Origin: Nitrospinaceae bacterium
GTDB taxonomy: Bacteria > Nitrospinota > Nitrospinia > Nitrospinales > Nitrospinaceae
Direction: 5' to 3'
Assembly (NCBI GenBank): GCA_965237905.1
Contig: OZ250172.1
Location: 2,784,001 to 2,848,000 of the forward strand
DNA length: 64,000 bases
How positions within the stretch are numbered: the stretch's first letter is position 1; each line of letters opens with the position of its first letter. The translations under genes and the position numbers were made by a program. The notes under the pieces were generated by a model. It did not search any database. It was not told the origin of the DNA and saw only the letters and a list, made by a program, of their open reading frames with translations. This document shows positions 8,644 through 17,790 of this stretch, in pieces.

Positions 8644-8943
8644 CTATTTTTCACGTGCGAATAAATAAGCAGGTAAAGCGCAGCTCAACCCAATAACAAG
8701 ATTCAAGGCAATAAACAAATATGGTTTTGGGCCGTTTGACTCTTTGACTTGCTGAAACATGAAAAGCCAAAAAATAAATGATGTGAGCAAAAGATCTGCG
8801 CTGAACCCGCCTGCAGCTCCATTGACAAAGAGCGCAGAAATAAATGCGGGAATGTTAAGCCCCTCAACCTGAATAAACTGAAAGAAGAATAGGTAAGGAA
8901 CAATAGCGCCAACAACAGATAGCAACAGATATATTTTTTTCAT
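8644..8943 (-). CDS. DUF2834-like small membrane protein
   Basis: Three TM segments; GAIVPY, DLL, IGLSCALPAYLFARE. Confidence 0.75.
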   Translation of the reverse strand: MKKIYLLLSVVGAIVPYLFFFQFIQVEGLNIPAFISALFVNGAAGGFSADLLLTSFIFWLFMFQQVKESNGPKPYLFIALNLVIGLSCALPAYLFAREK

Positions 8944-8998
8944 TCAATAACCTCCTGAATTCCAGCGGTTCCCCTGCTTCTCCATCACCTCTGATAAT

Positions 8999-9784
8999 TC
9001 ACTTCTTGGGCAGCCAGCCGGACATGGCACAGCGTTGGGCGAGCAGGGGCGTGAAACTTTCGATATCATTGGAAATATCGGTCATGAACTCTTCCGCCAG
9101 GGTTTGATCTTTAAAACATTCGTATACGTCGTCTAAAAATCCGCCGCGCAATAGCGGATGCTCAAGAAAAGCCCGGCCCGGTCCGGTGGCGATCTCCAAC
9201 GGGTAGTCGGTTACCTCGATTTTTTCCATGCCCAATTCCTGCAACCACTGCCGGGCATCGTCCGCCGACGGCCGTTCTTCGATGTATTCGATGAGGGCTT
9301 TGCGTTCACTTTCGTAACCGCGTTCGGTCATGGCGCGGTTCACCTGATTCCACAGCGAGTCAAACGTTCCGAGGGAGGGAAACGTGAGAACGATCTGGCC
9401 GCCCGATTTCAGGAAGCGGACCAGGTTTTGGAGCGCCTCGAATCGATGGGGACGAAAAAACATGAACGACAGGTTGCCGGTAATACGGTCGAAGCGGGGC
9501 AGGTCGGGGGGCAGTTGCCGCATGTCACCCACTTCAAATTTCAGCCAGGGCATATGCCGCCCCTGGCTGGATCGCGAGCGCAGGATTTGATGTTGATGAA
9601 TATCAACCGCCAGCACCTGGCCGCCGGGTCCTACCTGCTCGGCAATATGAAACGCCGGGATTCCCGATCCTGCGGCAACATCCAGCACGGTGGCTCCCGG
9701 AAAAAGTTCGAGATGACTCAACAGCGCCTCGGCAAAGGGGGTCGACCAGTAATCATTTTCAGGTAACGGCCATTGGGGCTTCAC
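8999..9784 (-). CDS. Class I SAM-dependent methyltransferase
   Basis: VLDVAAGSG, VLAVD, GDM, LKSGG. Confidence 0.85.
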   Translation of the reverse strand: MKPQWPLPENDYWSTPFAEALLSHLELFPGATVLDVAAGSGIPAFHIAEQVGPGGQVLAVDIHQHQILRSRSSQGRHMPWLKFEVGDMRQLPPDLPRFDRITGNLSFMFFRPHRFEALQNLVRFLKSGGQIVLTFPSLGTFDSLWNQVNRAMTERGYESERKALIEYIEERPSADDARQWLQELGMEKIEVTDYPLEIATGPGRAFLEHPLLRGGFLDDVYECFKDQTLAEEFMTDISNDIESFTPLLAQRCAMSGWLPKK

Positions 9785-9835
9785 GCAACCTCTTTCAGTT
9801 CAGGATGGGATGGTTTACGGAAATGAATTGTAGCA

Positions 9836-10789
9836 CTATTTGAATTTTTGGATGAACTGAAACGGCCATTTGAGGATGGGGGCCATCATTTTAAGGAGTT
9901 TGTACTGCCATGTCGGCCTGGGATATTTGTATTTTTTTAAAAGATAACGGCGGCTCATTACTTCAAAACAATAAGCACGCCAGCTGAGCGGCAGGGAGGC
10001 GTCGAAAATAAATTTTCCTGCAAAACCTGCAAGCGCGAGAAAATTACTGGCCGGTAAGGGAGCGGCTGATGGGATGGGCGGAAGTGTGGGCAATGGTTTT
10101 TCTTGAATATGCGCGAGCAGACGCTGGCTGGAATCCCGCCGGTAAAAACGCAAGCCGATGAACACCTCGTCGCCTACATTCAAAGGCCCGCGTTGCTCAT
10201 ACGTCGCGTCGACCTCGGATTTTCCATACTGATAATGCAGGTGCTCGATCACCACATCGTCCAGATAAACAATCCGGTCTTCGCCCTGCACCTGCAGTCG
10301 CTTGAAGATATCCATCAAGTGATAATCAATGAACCCGCCGGCGTACACCTCCGGGAACGGGTGGGTCAGCACTTCACAGGTTTTTCGGGACAGGATGGGA
10401 GTACTGCACAACATTTCCTCGGTGTGCAAATCGTTCGGGTAGGTCAGATAAATCCGGTCAGGGAACCGTTCATGCACCTCAATAATCTTACGGTCCCAAT
10501 CCGGTGTGCGGACGACCATATCGTCATTGAGTGGCACGATGATGTCTCCGGTGGACTGTTGATAGCATGCGGTGTTGAGTCCGCCCATGGGCAGGCGTGG
10601 GCCGATGATTCGGGTGATCGGTATTGCGTTGCACTGGATCGCATGGCTGGCTGAGTCATCGTCATCCACATACAGAACGACCTCAAGGCGGCTGGGGTCC
10701 GAGGCCGTTTCCACAACGCTGTGCAGTAACCGTTCCGCCTGTTCGGGGCGGCCGCGTGTGGGGAGTAGAATGGAAATGGAAGGAGACAT
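9836..10789 (-). CDS. Glycosyltransferase family 2
   Basis: SILLPTRGRP, LYVDDDD, LNDD (DxD-like), IEHLH. Confidence 0.85.
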   Translation of the reverse strand: MSPSISILLPTRGRPEQAERLLHSVVETASDPSRLEVVLYVDDDDSASHAIQCNAIPITRIIGPRLPMGGLNTACYQQSTGDIIVPLNDDMVVRTPDWDRKIIEVHERFPDRIYLTYPNDLHTEEMLCSTPILSRKTCEVLTHPFPEVYAGGFIDYHLMDIFKRLQVQGEDRIVYLDDVVIEHLHYQYGKSEVDATYEQRGPLNVGDEVFIGLRFYRRDSSQRLLAHIQEKPLPTLPPIPSAAPLPASNFLALAGFAGKFIFDASLPLSWRAYCFEVMSRRYLLKKYKYPRPTWQYKLLKMMAPILKWPFQFIQKFK

Positions 10790-10799
10790 GAGATATGAT

Positions 10800-11738
10800 T
10801 TATTTTTGTTGCCGGGCGAGTTTCTTTTTATGCCAATCGTAGGTAATTTTCAGCCCGTCTTCCAGGGGTGTTTTGGCGCGCCATCCCAGGGCGTGAATCT
10901 TTTTGGAGTCCAACAGTCTTCTGGGATTGCCATCGGGTTGGGTGGTATCAAATTGTAATTGTCCACGGAACCCGATGGTCAACTGGATCATCTTCGCTAA
11001 TTGCGCGATCGAGGTTTCCTGTCCGATTCCCATATTGACCGGCTCCGGACGGTGATACTTTTTCATCAAAAACAGACAGCCCTCGGCGGCGTCATCCACG
11101 TATAAGAATTCACGCTTGGGTGTGCCTGTTCCCCAGAAGGTTATCGATTTCTTATTCTGCTGGTGAGCTTGATGCAATTTTTCCAGCAGAGCGGATAGGA
11201 CGTGGCCATTTTCATCGAAATGGTCGCCGATGCCATACACATTGGCGGGGATCACCGAAATGAAATTGGCGCCATACTGCCGGTGGTACGCCTGGCACAT
11301 TTTAATGCCGGCCAGTTTCGCCATCGCATAGGCCTCGTTGGTTTCCTCGATATCTCCGGAAAATAAATATTCCTCTTTCATCGGTTGCTTGCTTTTTTTG
11401 GGATAGATACAGGAGCTGGATAAATTAAGTAGCTTTTTGGCTTTATATTTAAAGGCGTAATCGATGACGTTGGTTTGAATCATCAGGTTCTGATAAATAA
11501 ATTCCGCCGGGTAGGTTTTGTTGGCATGAATGCCGCCCCCTCGTGCGGCGGCAAGGAATATATATTCAGGACGCTGTTGACGGAAAAAGCGGTCCGCCGC
11601 TTTCTGGTCGGTCAGGTCGAGGGATTTGCGGGTGCGGGTAATAATATTTGAGTAGGATTTTTCTTTAAGCAGGCGGACCAGAGCCGAGCCGATCAATCCG
11701 GTGTGACCTGCCACATAGATTCTGGAGTTTTTATTCAT
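10800..11738 (-). CDS. fcl: GDP-L-fucose synthase-like GDP-4-keto-sugar epimerase/reductase (Fcl/ColC family)
   Basis: AGHTGLIGS, GGIHAN, SSCIYP, TNEAYAMAK, WGTGTPKREFLYVDD. Confidence 0.88.
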   Translation of the reverse strand: MNKNSRIYVAGHTGLIGSALVRLLKEKSYSNIITRTRKSLDLTDQKAADRFFRQQRPEYIFLAAARGGGIHANKTYPAEFIYQNLMIQTNVIDYAFKYKAKKLLNLSSSCIYPKKSKQPMKEEYLFSGDIEETNEAYAMAKLAGIKMCQAYHRQYGANFISVIPANVYGIGDHFDENGHVLSALLEKLHQAHQQNKKSITFWGTGTPKREFLYVDDAAEGCLFLMKKYHRPEPVNMGIGQETSIAQLAKMIQLTIGFRGQLQFDTTQPDGNPRRLLDSKKIHALGWRAKTPLEDGLKITYDWHKKKLARQQK

Positions 11739-11762
11739 AGGGTGAAGCCGGGAGCTTGCGCG

Positions 11763-12947
11763 TTACTCAATACGGTTCAGAATATCACAGAGCCGTTTGA
11801 TCTTGGTTTCTTCGAGGCCGGGGTAGTTGCCGATATAAAACCCGTAAAAATGAATATGTTCCACCACCGGGTATTTTCGATATTCATCGTCAGCGACAAT
11901 CCCCTTTAAATAAGGCTGACGCAATTGGTTGCCGCCGCCGGCACTGCCCCGGCGGAACTCGACTTGATGGTCCCGCAGGGTCTGCATCACCCGTCTACAA
12001 AAATCCGGATCGGCCTTTTGGAGCACCAGATTGAGCGCATAATTGCAACTGCCTTCCAATAGAAAATCCGTTTTGTACTTTTTGGAGTCCAGGTGATCTA
12101 GAAAGGTTTTGAAATTGTGTTGGCGCTTGGCGTTGTTCGCATCGAGGCGCTTCAGTTGGTTTCGTCCCAAAACCGCGCCGATTTCATTGTTACGCATATT
12201 GTAGCCAGGGAGCGCAAATATAAAATCGGGATTTAATTCCGGGTTTGCCTCAATATATTTTTGCCTGCCGGCATCGTTTTTCATTTCCCGCACCATGCCA
12301 TGAGACCGGAGCATGCGGCACATTTGATAAATCTCCTCATCGTGGGTGCAGACCATGCCGCCTTCAATGGTGCTCATGTGATGCGCGAAATAAAACGAAA
12401 AGTTGGACATCAAACCGAACGTCCCGAGTTTTTGATTCTTAAAGGTAGCACCGTGGGATTCGCAAACGTCTTCAATGAGGGGAACCTTCTTTTCTTTGAG
12501 GCCATTAAGGAGTTTTTCGGAAAGGCCGTTGAATCCCTGGGCATGGGTGAGGAACACCGCGCGGGTTTCCGGGCCTACCTTGGACAGAACCTGATCCTCG
12601 TTCATCGATAGAGTGTCGGGCTTGATGTCGACGAACACCGGTTTGAAGCCACACTGAAGTACAGAGGCAATGTCCGAGACCCAGGTCAGTGTGGGCAGGA
12701 TGATCTCTCCGCCGCCAGTCCCGTGTTTGAGAACGGACATGGAGATCAGGTTGGCTGATGATCCGGAATTGACGAATACACTGTACTTGACTCCCAACCA
12801 GTCGGACCACTCTTTTTCGAATGCCTCGACACTTTTGGATTGAGTGAGGATGGGTTTTCCTTTGAGAAAGTCGATAACTTTATCGAGATCGTCCCGCGTA
12901 ATATTATTTTCCATCAACGGCCAATTCAAACTCATCGCGACACTCAT
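11763..12947 (-). CDS. PLP-dependent GDP-4-keto-sugar 3-dehydratase (ColD-like, DegT/DnrJ fold)
   Basis: VNSGSSAN, EDVCESHGA, SFYFAHHMSTIEGG with His in place of the Schiff-base Lys. Confidence 0.8.
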   Translation of the reverse strand: MSVAMSLNWPLMENNITRDDLDKVIDFLKGKPILTQSKSVEAFEKEWSDWLGVKYSVFVNSGSSANLISMSVLKHGTGGGEIILPTLTWVSDIASVLQCGFKPVFVDIKPDTLSMNEDQVLSKVGPETRAVFLTHAQGFNGLSEKLLNGLKEKKVPLIEDVCESHGATFKNQKLGTFGLMSNFSFYFAHHMSTIEGGMVCTHDEEIYQMCRMLRSHGMVREMKNDAGRQKYIEANPELNPDFIFALPGYNMRNNEIGAVLGRNQLKRLDANNAKRQHNFKTFLDHLDSKKYKTDFLLEGSCNYALNLVLQKADPDFCRRVMQTLRDHQVEFRRGSAGGGNQLRQPYLKGIVADDEYRKYPVVEHIHFYGFYIGNYPGLEETKIKRLCDILNRIE

Positions 12948-13666
12948 TTAAAATCGATTAAAATTTTTCGGGCCAGCTCGAGACGATCCGGGGTGCCGAT
13001 GTCCAGCAGTTGACTGTGTGAGGTAAAACCAAATAATCCTTTGCCCGTCAGTGAAGGAAATATTTCATGCTCCAACGAAACCTTTTTCCTGGGCGGGATA
13101 TAATTAAAGACTTCCTTGTTGAATATATAGATTCCCGCATTAACCCAGTCCGAAGGGGAAGCATCCGTTTTTTCATCAAAGCTTATGATTTCGTCATTTT
13201 CTCCCAGAACGACTCCGCCGTAATCGTTGGCATCCTCTATGGGTGCGAGAGCCACGCTGGCCAGAGCATTCTTAAATTGGTGGAAATTCAAAAAGGAATT
13301 TAAATCAATAGGGCAAAAGGAATCGCCATTCATCGCTAAAAAGATATCGCCATGGATTCTCGATTCGGCGTTTTTAAGGGCACCAGCAGTTCCCAAAGGG
13401 GAGGTCTCTTGAGAAATGACATAAGTTTTTCCGCCCTCTTTTTTCTCAAAATATTCTTTAATGAGGTCGCCTTTGTAGCCGGAACATAGTATGAAACGCT
13501 TGAATCCGAAATTCCCGACGTAGTCGATCAGTAAATCCAGAAACGGGCGATTCTGGAAGTCAGCCATTGGCTTGGGTTTGTCATTCAGGACATCCTGCAA
13601 TCGCGTTCCCATTCCACCACACAGAATAACCGCGTCGATGGCGCCTGAGCTTAAAGCTTCACTCAT
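12944..13666 (-). CDS. hddC: Heptose-1-phosphate guanylyltransferase-like nucleotidyltransferase
   Basis: LCGGMGTRL, PKPM, PLGTAGAL, NGDS, NAGIY, DIGTP; adjacent to hddA. Confidence 0.8.
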   Translation of the reverse strand: MSEALSSGAIDAVILCGGMGTRLQDVLNDKPKPMADFQNRPFLDLLIDYVGNFGFKRFILCSGYKGDLIKEYFEKKEGGKTYVISQETSPLGTAGALKNAESRIHGDIFLAMNGDSFCPIDLNSFLNFHQFKNALASVALAPIEDANDYGGVVLGENDEIISFDEKTDASPSDWVNAGIYIFNKEVFNYIPPRKKVSLEHEIFPSLTGKGLFGFTSHSQLLDIGTPDRLELARKILIDFK

Positions 13667-13668
13667 TT

Positions 13669-14673
13669 TCAGGAGTGCCTGGGGTTGCTGTCGGGCTGGA
13701 ACACGACGATCTGACTGCCCTCCACTTCAAAATTGAAGGGGATGCATAGCAGGTCTTTGAGCCGACTTTTGATTTTGAGATGGTCTTCCGGGCGGGCGAA
13801 AATAAGCACGAATCCACCCCCGCCGGCTCCCAGGAGTTTCCCACCCAGAGCGCCTTCGGACAAAGCGGCCTGATAGATCTCGTCGACCAGAGAGGTGGAA
13901 ATCCCATCACTCAATTCCCGTTTTATTTTCCACGACTCGTGAAGGAGTTTTCCGAAATCGGTGATGCACTGTCCATTCGTTATGATTTTCAACCCTTCAT
14001 CCACCATTTGGCGCATGACGGCCAACTCTTTTTTCTTGTTAGGAATATTTTCGATCTTTTTTTGCGCGACCTGGGACGCAAAACGGGATATCCCGGTATA
14101 AAAGAGTAATAAATGATCTTCGAGTTCCTTCTTCCGGGTGGGGCTCACAATGACCGGAGCTTCCGAAATCGAATGGTCCGCATTGAAGTCAATTTTTTTA
14201 AATCCACCGAGAGCGGTTAAAACCTGGTCCTGGGAGCCGACGCTTTCCTTGAGGACATCCCGTTCCAGATGAATCGCTTCTTCAGCCAAACGCTTTTTGG
14301 GAACCATCGTGCCTTTCAATGCATAAAGAGCGTTCAACATTCCTACCGTAAAAGCGGAACTGGAACCCAAGCCGGTGCGGGCGGGGAGGTCGCCATCATG
14401 GTGGATTTCCAAACCTGCATCAATGCCTGTCAACTCCAAGGCCGCGCGGACCACAGGGTGTTGGATGTCCGCTGTTTTGTTGACGGTTTCCACTTGGGAA
14501 TATACGATGCGGTGCTTGTGCTCAAAAAACGGGGGCAGGTAACGGCAACTGATATAGCAATACTTATTGATGGTGGTCGCCAAAACAGAGCCGCCGTTTT
14601 CCTCAAACCACACCGGGTAGTCGGTTGCGCCGCCAAAAAATGAAACCCTGAATGGCGTTCTGCTGATAATCAT
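13669..14673 (-). CDS. hddA: D-glycero-D-manno-heptose-7-phosphate kinase (GHMP family)
   Basis: SRTPFRVSFFGGATDY, PARTGLGSSS, GSQDQ, GGKLLGAGGGG. Confidence 0.88.
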   Translation of the reverse strand: MIISRTPFRVSFFGGATDYPVWFEENGGSVLATTINKYCYISCRYLPPFFEHKHRIVYSQVETVNKTADIQHPVVRAALELTGIDAGLEIHHDGDLPARTGLGSSSAFTVGMLNALYALKGTMVPKKRLAEEAIHLERDVLKESVGSQDQVLTALGGFKKIDFNADHSISEAPVIVSPTRKKELEDHLLLFYTGISRFASQVAQKKIENIPNKKKELAVMRQMVDEGLKIITNGQCITDFGKLLHESWKIKRELSDGISTSLVDEIYQAALSEGALGGKLLGAGGGGFVLIFARPEDHLKIKSRLKDLLCIPFNFEVEGSQIVVFQPDSNPRHS

Positions 14674-14707
14674 ATTTCTTCCACCTTTTTAAAGCCCGTT
14701 CAATTTG

Positions 14708-15640
14708 CTAAACGTTTGTATATTGATTTTTGTTTATGATCTGGTATCCCTTGATCAATTCCGCGATGCCCTGGCTGAGCGAGTGCTGGGTTTTAAAACC
14801 AGTGCCCTCGATCTTTTTATTGCTGATGATATAATTTCTTTTGTCCTGATCTTCTCCGATCTCCGCTTCGGTCACATAAAAATCCGGAACCTGTTTTTTA
14901 ATTTCCTGGCATAATTCCAATTTGCTCAGGCTCGTTTCGTTCAGGCCTACATTGTACGGTTCGCCCTTCATGGTCTCAAAGTTGGCGAGACCATGACTGA
15001 ATACTCTGACAGCATCCCGGACGTGCAGAAAATTTCTCTTGAAATGCGCTTCAAATAGAACAAGAAAACGGTCTTTGACGGCACGGTAGGTGAAATCGTT
15101 CACCAAAAGGTCCAGGCGCATCCGGGGGCTCATGCCGAACACTGTAGCGAAACGAAAAGTCAGGCAATTTTCCGAATCGAGAAGAGTCTTTTCAATCTCC
15201 ACCTTGAGTTTGCCGTACAGAGAAACAGGCCGGAGCGGCGTTTCCTCGGTACAATGAATCCCTTTCTCTCCCACGCCGTAGCCACTGTTGCTGGTGGGAA
15301 AGAGGATGCATTGATTTTTACTGCGGTGCTCCAGAATCAGTTTGATCGCTTCCAGATTGATCGACCGGGCGGCGATGGGATCCTTGGTGCATAAGGGCGC
15401 GCCGGTGAGACAGGCCAGCGGTAAAATCGCATCCGCTTTTTTTAACTGCTTCTTGATCAAGTCCGAGTCGCGGGCGTCTCCGTTGATGATGGTCAAATTT
15501 TGATCGTGGCAACAATCCAGCAGGGAGGTCTGCTTGTACATGAAGTTATCCACCACAGTGACTTCATGGTTTTCGCGGAGCAGTTGAGGCGTCAAAAGGG
15601 AACCGATGTATCCGGCTCCGCCGGTAACAAGAATTTTCAT
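14708..15640 (-). CDS. SDR, Cj1427-like GDP-heptose C4 dehydrogenase
   Basis: TGGAGYIGS, GAPLC, NSGYG, CTEETPLRP, YGKLK, SPRMRLDLLVNDFTYRA, GEDQDKR; recognised from memory as close to C. jejuni Cj1427. Confidence 0.75.
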   Translation of the reverse strand: MKILVTGGAGYIGSLLTPQLLRENHEVTVVDNFMYKQTSLLDCCHDQNLTIINGDARDSDLIKKQLKKADAILPLACLTGAPLCTKDPIAARSINLEAIKLILEHRSKNQCILFPTSNSGYGVGEKGIHCTEETPLRPVSLYGKLKVEIEKTLLDSENCLTFRFATVFGMSPRMRLDLLVNDFTYRAVKDRFLVLFEAHFKRNFLHVRDAVRVFSHGLANFETMKGEPYNVGLNETSLSKLELCQEIKKQVPDFYVTEAEIGEDQDKRNYIISNKKIEGTGFKTQHSLSQGIAELIKGYQIINKNQYTNV

Positions 15641-15675
15641 TGATCTCGCCTTAATTTAAATATGAACCGATGGAT

Positions 15676-16716
15676 TTATGTGCCGGATACCATTTCCCGG
15701 ATTACCTGGGCGATACGGTTTTTGTCGGGAAAGTAAAATTGTTCCAAAGTGTACCCGGCTGGGATAGGGGAATCCGGCAGGCCGATGCGGCGCACTGGAC
15801 CTTTTAGATCCTGAAATCCTTTCTCGGCCACCAGGCATCCGATTTCTGCGCAGACGCCTCCCATGGCCGGACCCGTATCCACGACCAGGACTTTACCGGT
15901 TTTTTTTAGGGATTCAAATATGATTTCTTCGTCCAGAGGTTTCAACGTCCGCAAATCGATCACATCCGCGGTGATTCCCTCTTTTTTCAATTCATCCAGC
16001 GCCTCGATGGTCAAATTTAAAGTATGCGAGGTTCCGACAACGGTCAAATCTTCTCCCCGGCGGCGGTAAATACCTTTACCCAGAGGGACGTGATAAATGC
16101 CTTCCGGGATCACGCCCTGCGATTTCATGACCCAGCGGTGCTCAAAAATTAGCACGGGGTTGTTGTCGGCGATCGCCGACAGCATCAACCCCTTGGCATC
16201 GTAGGGAGTGCTGGGCATGATGATTTTCAGTCCGGGAATTTGCAGGAGCAGTCCCTGGATCGCCTGCGAGTGCTGGGAACCGGAACCCCAGCCTCTGCCG
16301 ATGGCGGACCAGATGACCCACGGCACATTGGATTGCCCGTTGTCGATATAATGAAACTTGGCGGCGTGGGTCACCAGTTGATTGAACGCCAGCAGAAGAA
16401 AATCCGGCCGGTTGTGCAGGTAGACCGGGCGCGTTCCGTTGAGAGCCGCGCCGGTGCAGATTCCTGTCATTCCTTCTTCGGACAGGGGGGTATCGAAAAC
16501 GCGGTTCTTGCCGAATTTTTTGTGCAGGTCGGTGGTCACTCCAAACATGCCGCGGGGGTCATTAACTCCTTGGCCCAGAACAAAAACTGTTGGGTCCAGC
16601 TCCAGCGCCAGGGTCAGCGCTTCATGAAGGGCGTCAACATAGGTCAGAACGCGGCCGTCTTCCGCTACTTCCCGTCCGTTGGCTTTGGAAGTGATTAACG
16701 CTTCAGCCCAGGGCAT
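15676..16716 (-). CDS. ThDP-dependent enzyme beta subunit (PDH E1-beta/transketolase-C-like)
   Basis: FDTPLSE, GSQHSQ, PSTPYDAKG, VIDLRTLKPLD. Confidence 0.88.
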   Translation of the reverse strand: MPWAEALITSKANGREVAEDGRVLTYVDALHEALTLALELDPTVFVLGQGVNDPRGMFGVTTDLHKKFGKNRVFDTPLSEEGMTGICTGAALNGTRPVYLHNRPDFLLLAFNQLVTHAAKFHYIDNGQSNVPWVIWSAIGRGWGSGSQHSQAIQGLLLQIPGLKIIMPSTPYDAKGLMLSAIADNNPVLIFEHRWVMKSQGVIPEGIYHVPLGKGIYRRRGEDLTVVGTSHTLNLTIEALDELKKEGITADVIDLRTLKPLDEEIIFESLKKTGKVLVVDTGPAMGGVCAEIGCLVAEKGFQDLKGPVRRIGLPDSPIPAGYTLEQFYFPDKNRIAQVIREMVSGT

Positions 16717-16740
16717 ACTATGTTTCTCCGTTTGATAACA

Positions 16741-17766
16741 TCAGTCGCTGTACACATGAGTGGTTAAATCCTCTTTTTCTGGATTGGGACTGTTGATGGC
16801 GTGTTCGAACGCCTCCAGAATTTCTTCCTGAATTTTGGCCTTCATGGAATCTTTCCGCGCTTCATCGAATAGCTTCTGTTTTACGAGTTCCTTATACAGA
16901 CCTTCAATTGGACACAATTCTTGCCAGGCTTTGACTTCCTCCGGATCGCGGTAGCTCGCAGCGTTGTCGTCACCTGCGCCGCCGTGCCCCCGCCAGCGGT
17001 AGGCCACCGATTCAATGAAGGTCGGGCCGCCGCCGGACCGGGCTCTTTTCACAGCCTCGCGGGTGGTTTCATAGACATGGAGGACTTGGGTGCCGTCGAC
17101 CCGGCAACTATTCAATCCAAACGCTTCCGCTTTTTTGTAAATATCCCCCTTGGGCTGACGGACTTTCAGGGAGGAACAGACCGAATAGAAATTGTTTTCG
17201 CAGATGTAAATGACAGGGAGTGATTTGAGGGCGGCGAAGTTCATGGCTTCCCACACGGCTCCTTCTTCGACGGCCGCGTCTCCGAAAAATACCACATTCA
17301 CTTGATCCTTGTTCAAGTACCGAGCGCTGAACGCGGCGCCAGTTGCAATTGGCACAGATCCCCCGACAATGGCGGAGGATCCGGCATAACCCACGCTTTT
17401 ATCCAACAGATGCATGGACCCGCCACGCGATCCGGCGCACCCGTTGGCGCGGCAGTAAAGTTCGGACATCATGGCCTTGAGCAATCCGCCTTTGGCCAGA
17501 TAGTTGCCTTGCGTGCGGTGACTGCTGTACACCTGATCCGTCTTACGCAATGCGGCGCACACGCCGACGGAGGTGGCTTCCTGTCCGATCACCAGGTGGA
17601 CGGGAGTTTTCATTTCGTCTTCGTGGTAGCGGCTTTCGATCGCCTCCTGGATCAACCGGATGCGAAGCATGCCCCGATACAGGCCGATGAGGAAGTCAGT
17701 TTCGTATTTTCCCCTGGGATTGGGGACGGGTGAAAACTCGATGTCCTTGTAGGGGTGGCGAATCAT
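16741..17766 (-). CDS. ThDP-dependent enzyme alpha subunit (PDH E1-alpha-like)
   Basis: IGQEA, GGSMH, GDAA..EG...ENN ThDP motif, YRWRGH, YRDPEE. Confidence 0.88.
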   Translation of the reverse strand: MIRHPYKDIEFSPVPNPRGKYETDFLIGLYRGMLRIRLIQEAIESRYHEDEMKTPVHLVIGQEATSVGVCAALRKTDQVYSSHRTQGNYLAKGGLLKAMMSELYCRANGCAGSRGGSMHLLDKSVGYAGSSAIVGGSVPIATGAAFSARYLNKDQVNVVFFGDAAVEEGAVWEAMNFAALKSLPVIYICENNFYSVCSSLKVRQPKGDIYKKAEAFGLNSCRVDGTQVLHVYETTREAVKRARSGGGPTFIESVAYRWRGHGGAGDDNAASYRDPEEVKAWQELCPIEGLYKELVKQKLFDEARKDSMKAKIQEEILEAFEHAINSPNPEKEDLTTHVYSD

Positions 17767-17790
17767 TCAATCCTCATGTTGAAATTTATT

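Noticed and set aside
11763..12947. Ordinary sugar aminotransferase, or DdhC/E1 Fe-S dehydrase
   Set aside because: The catalytic Lys is replaced by His, and no Cys-rich Fe-S insertion is evident, which favours ColD-like.
15676..17766. Housekeeping pyruvate dehydrogenase pdhAB
   Set aside because: No E2/E3 nearby, and the pair is embedded in a nucleotide-sugar operon.
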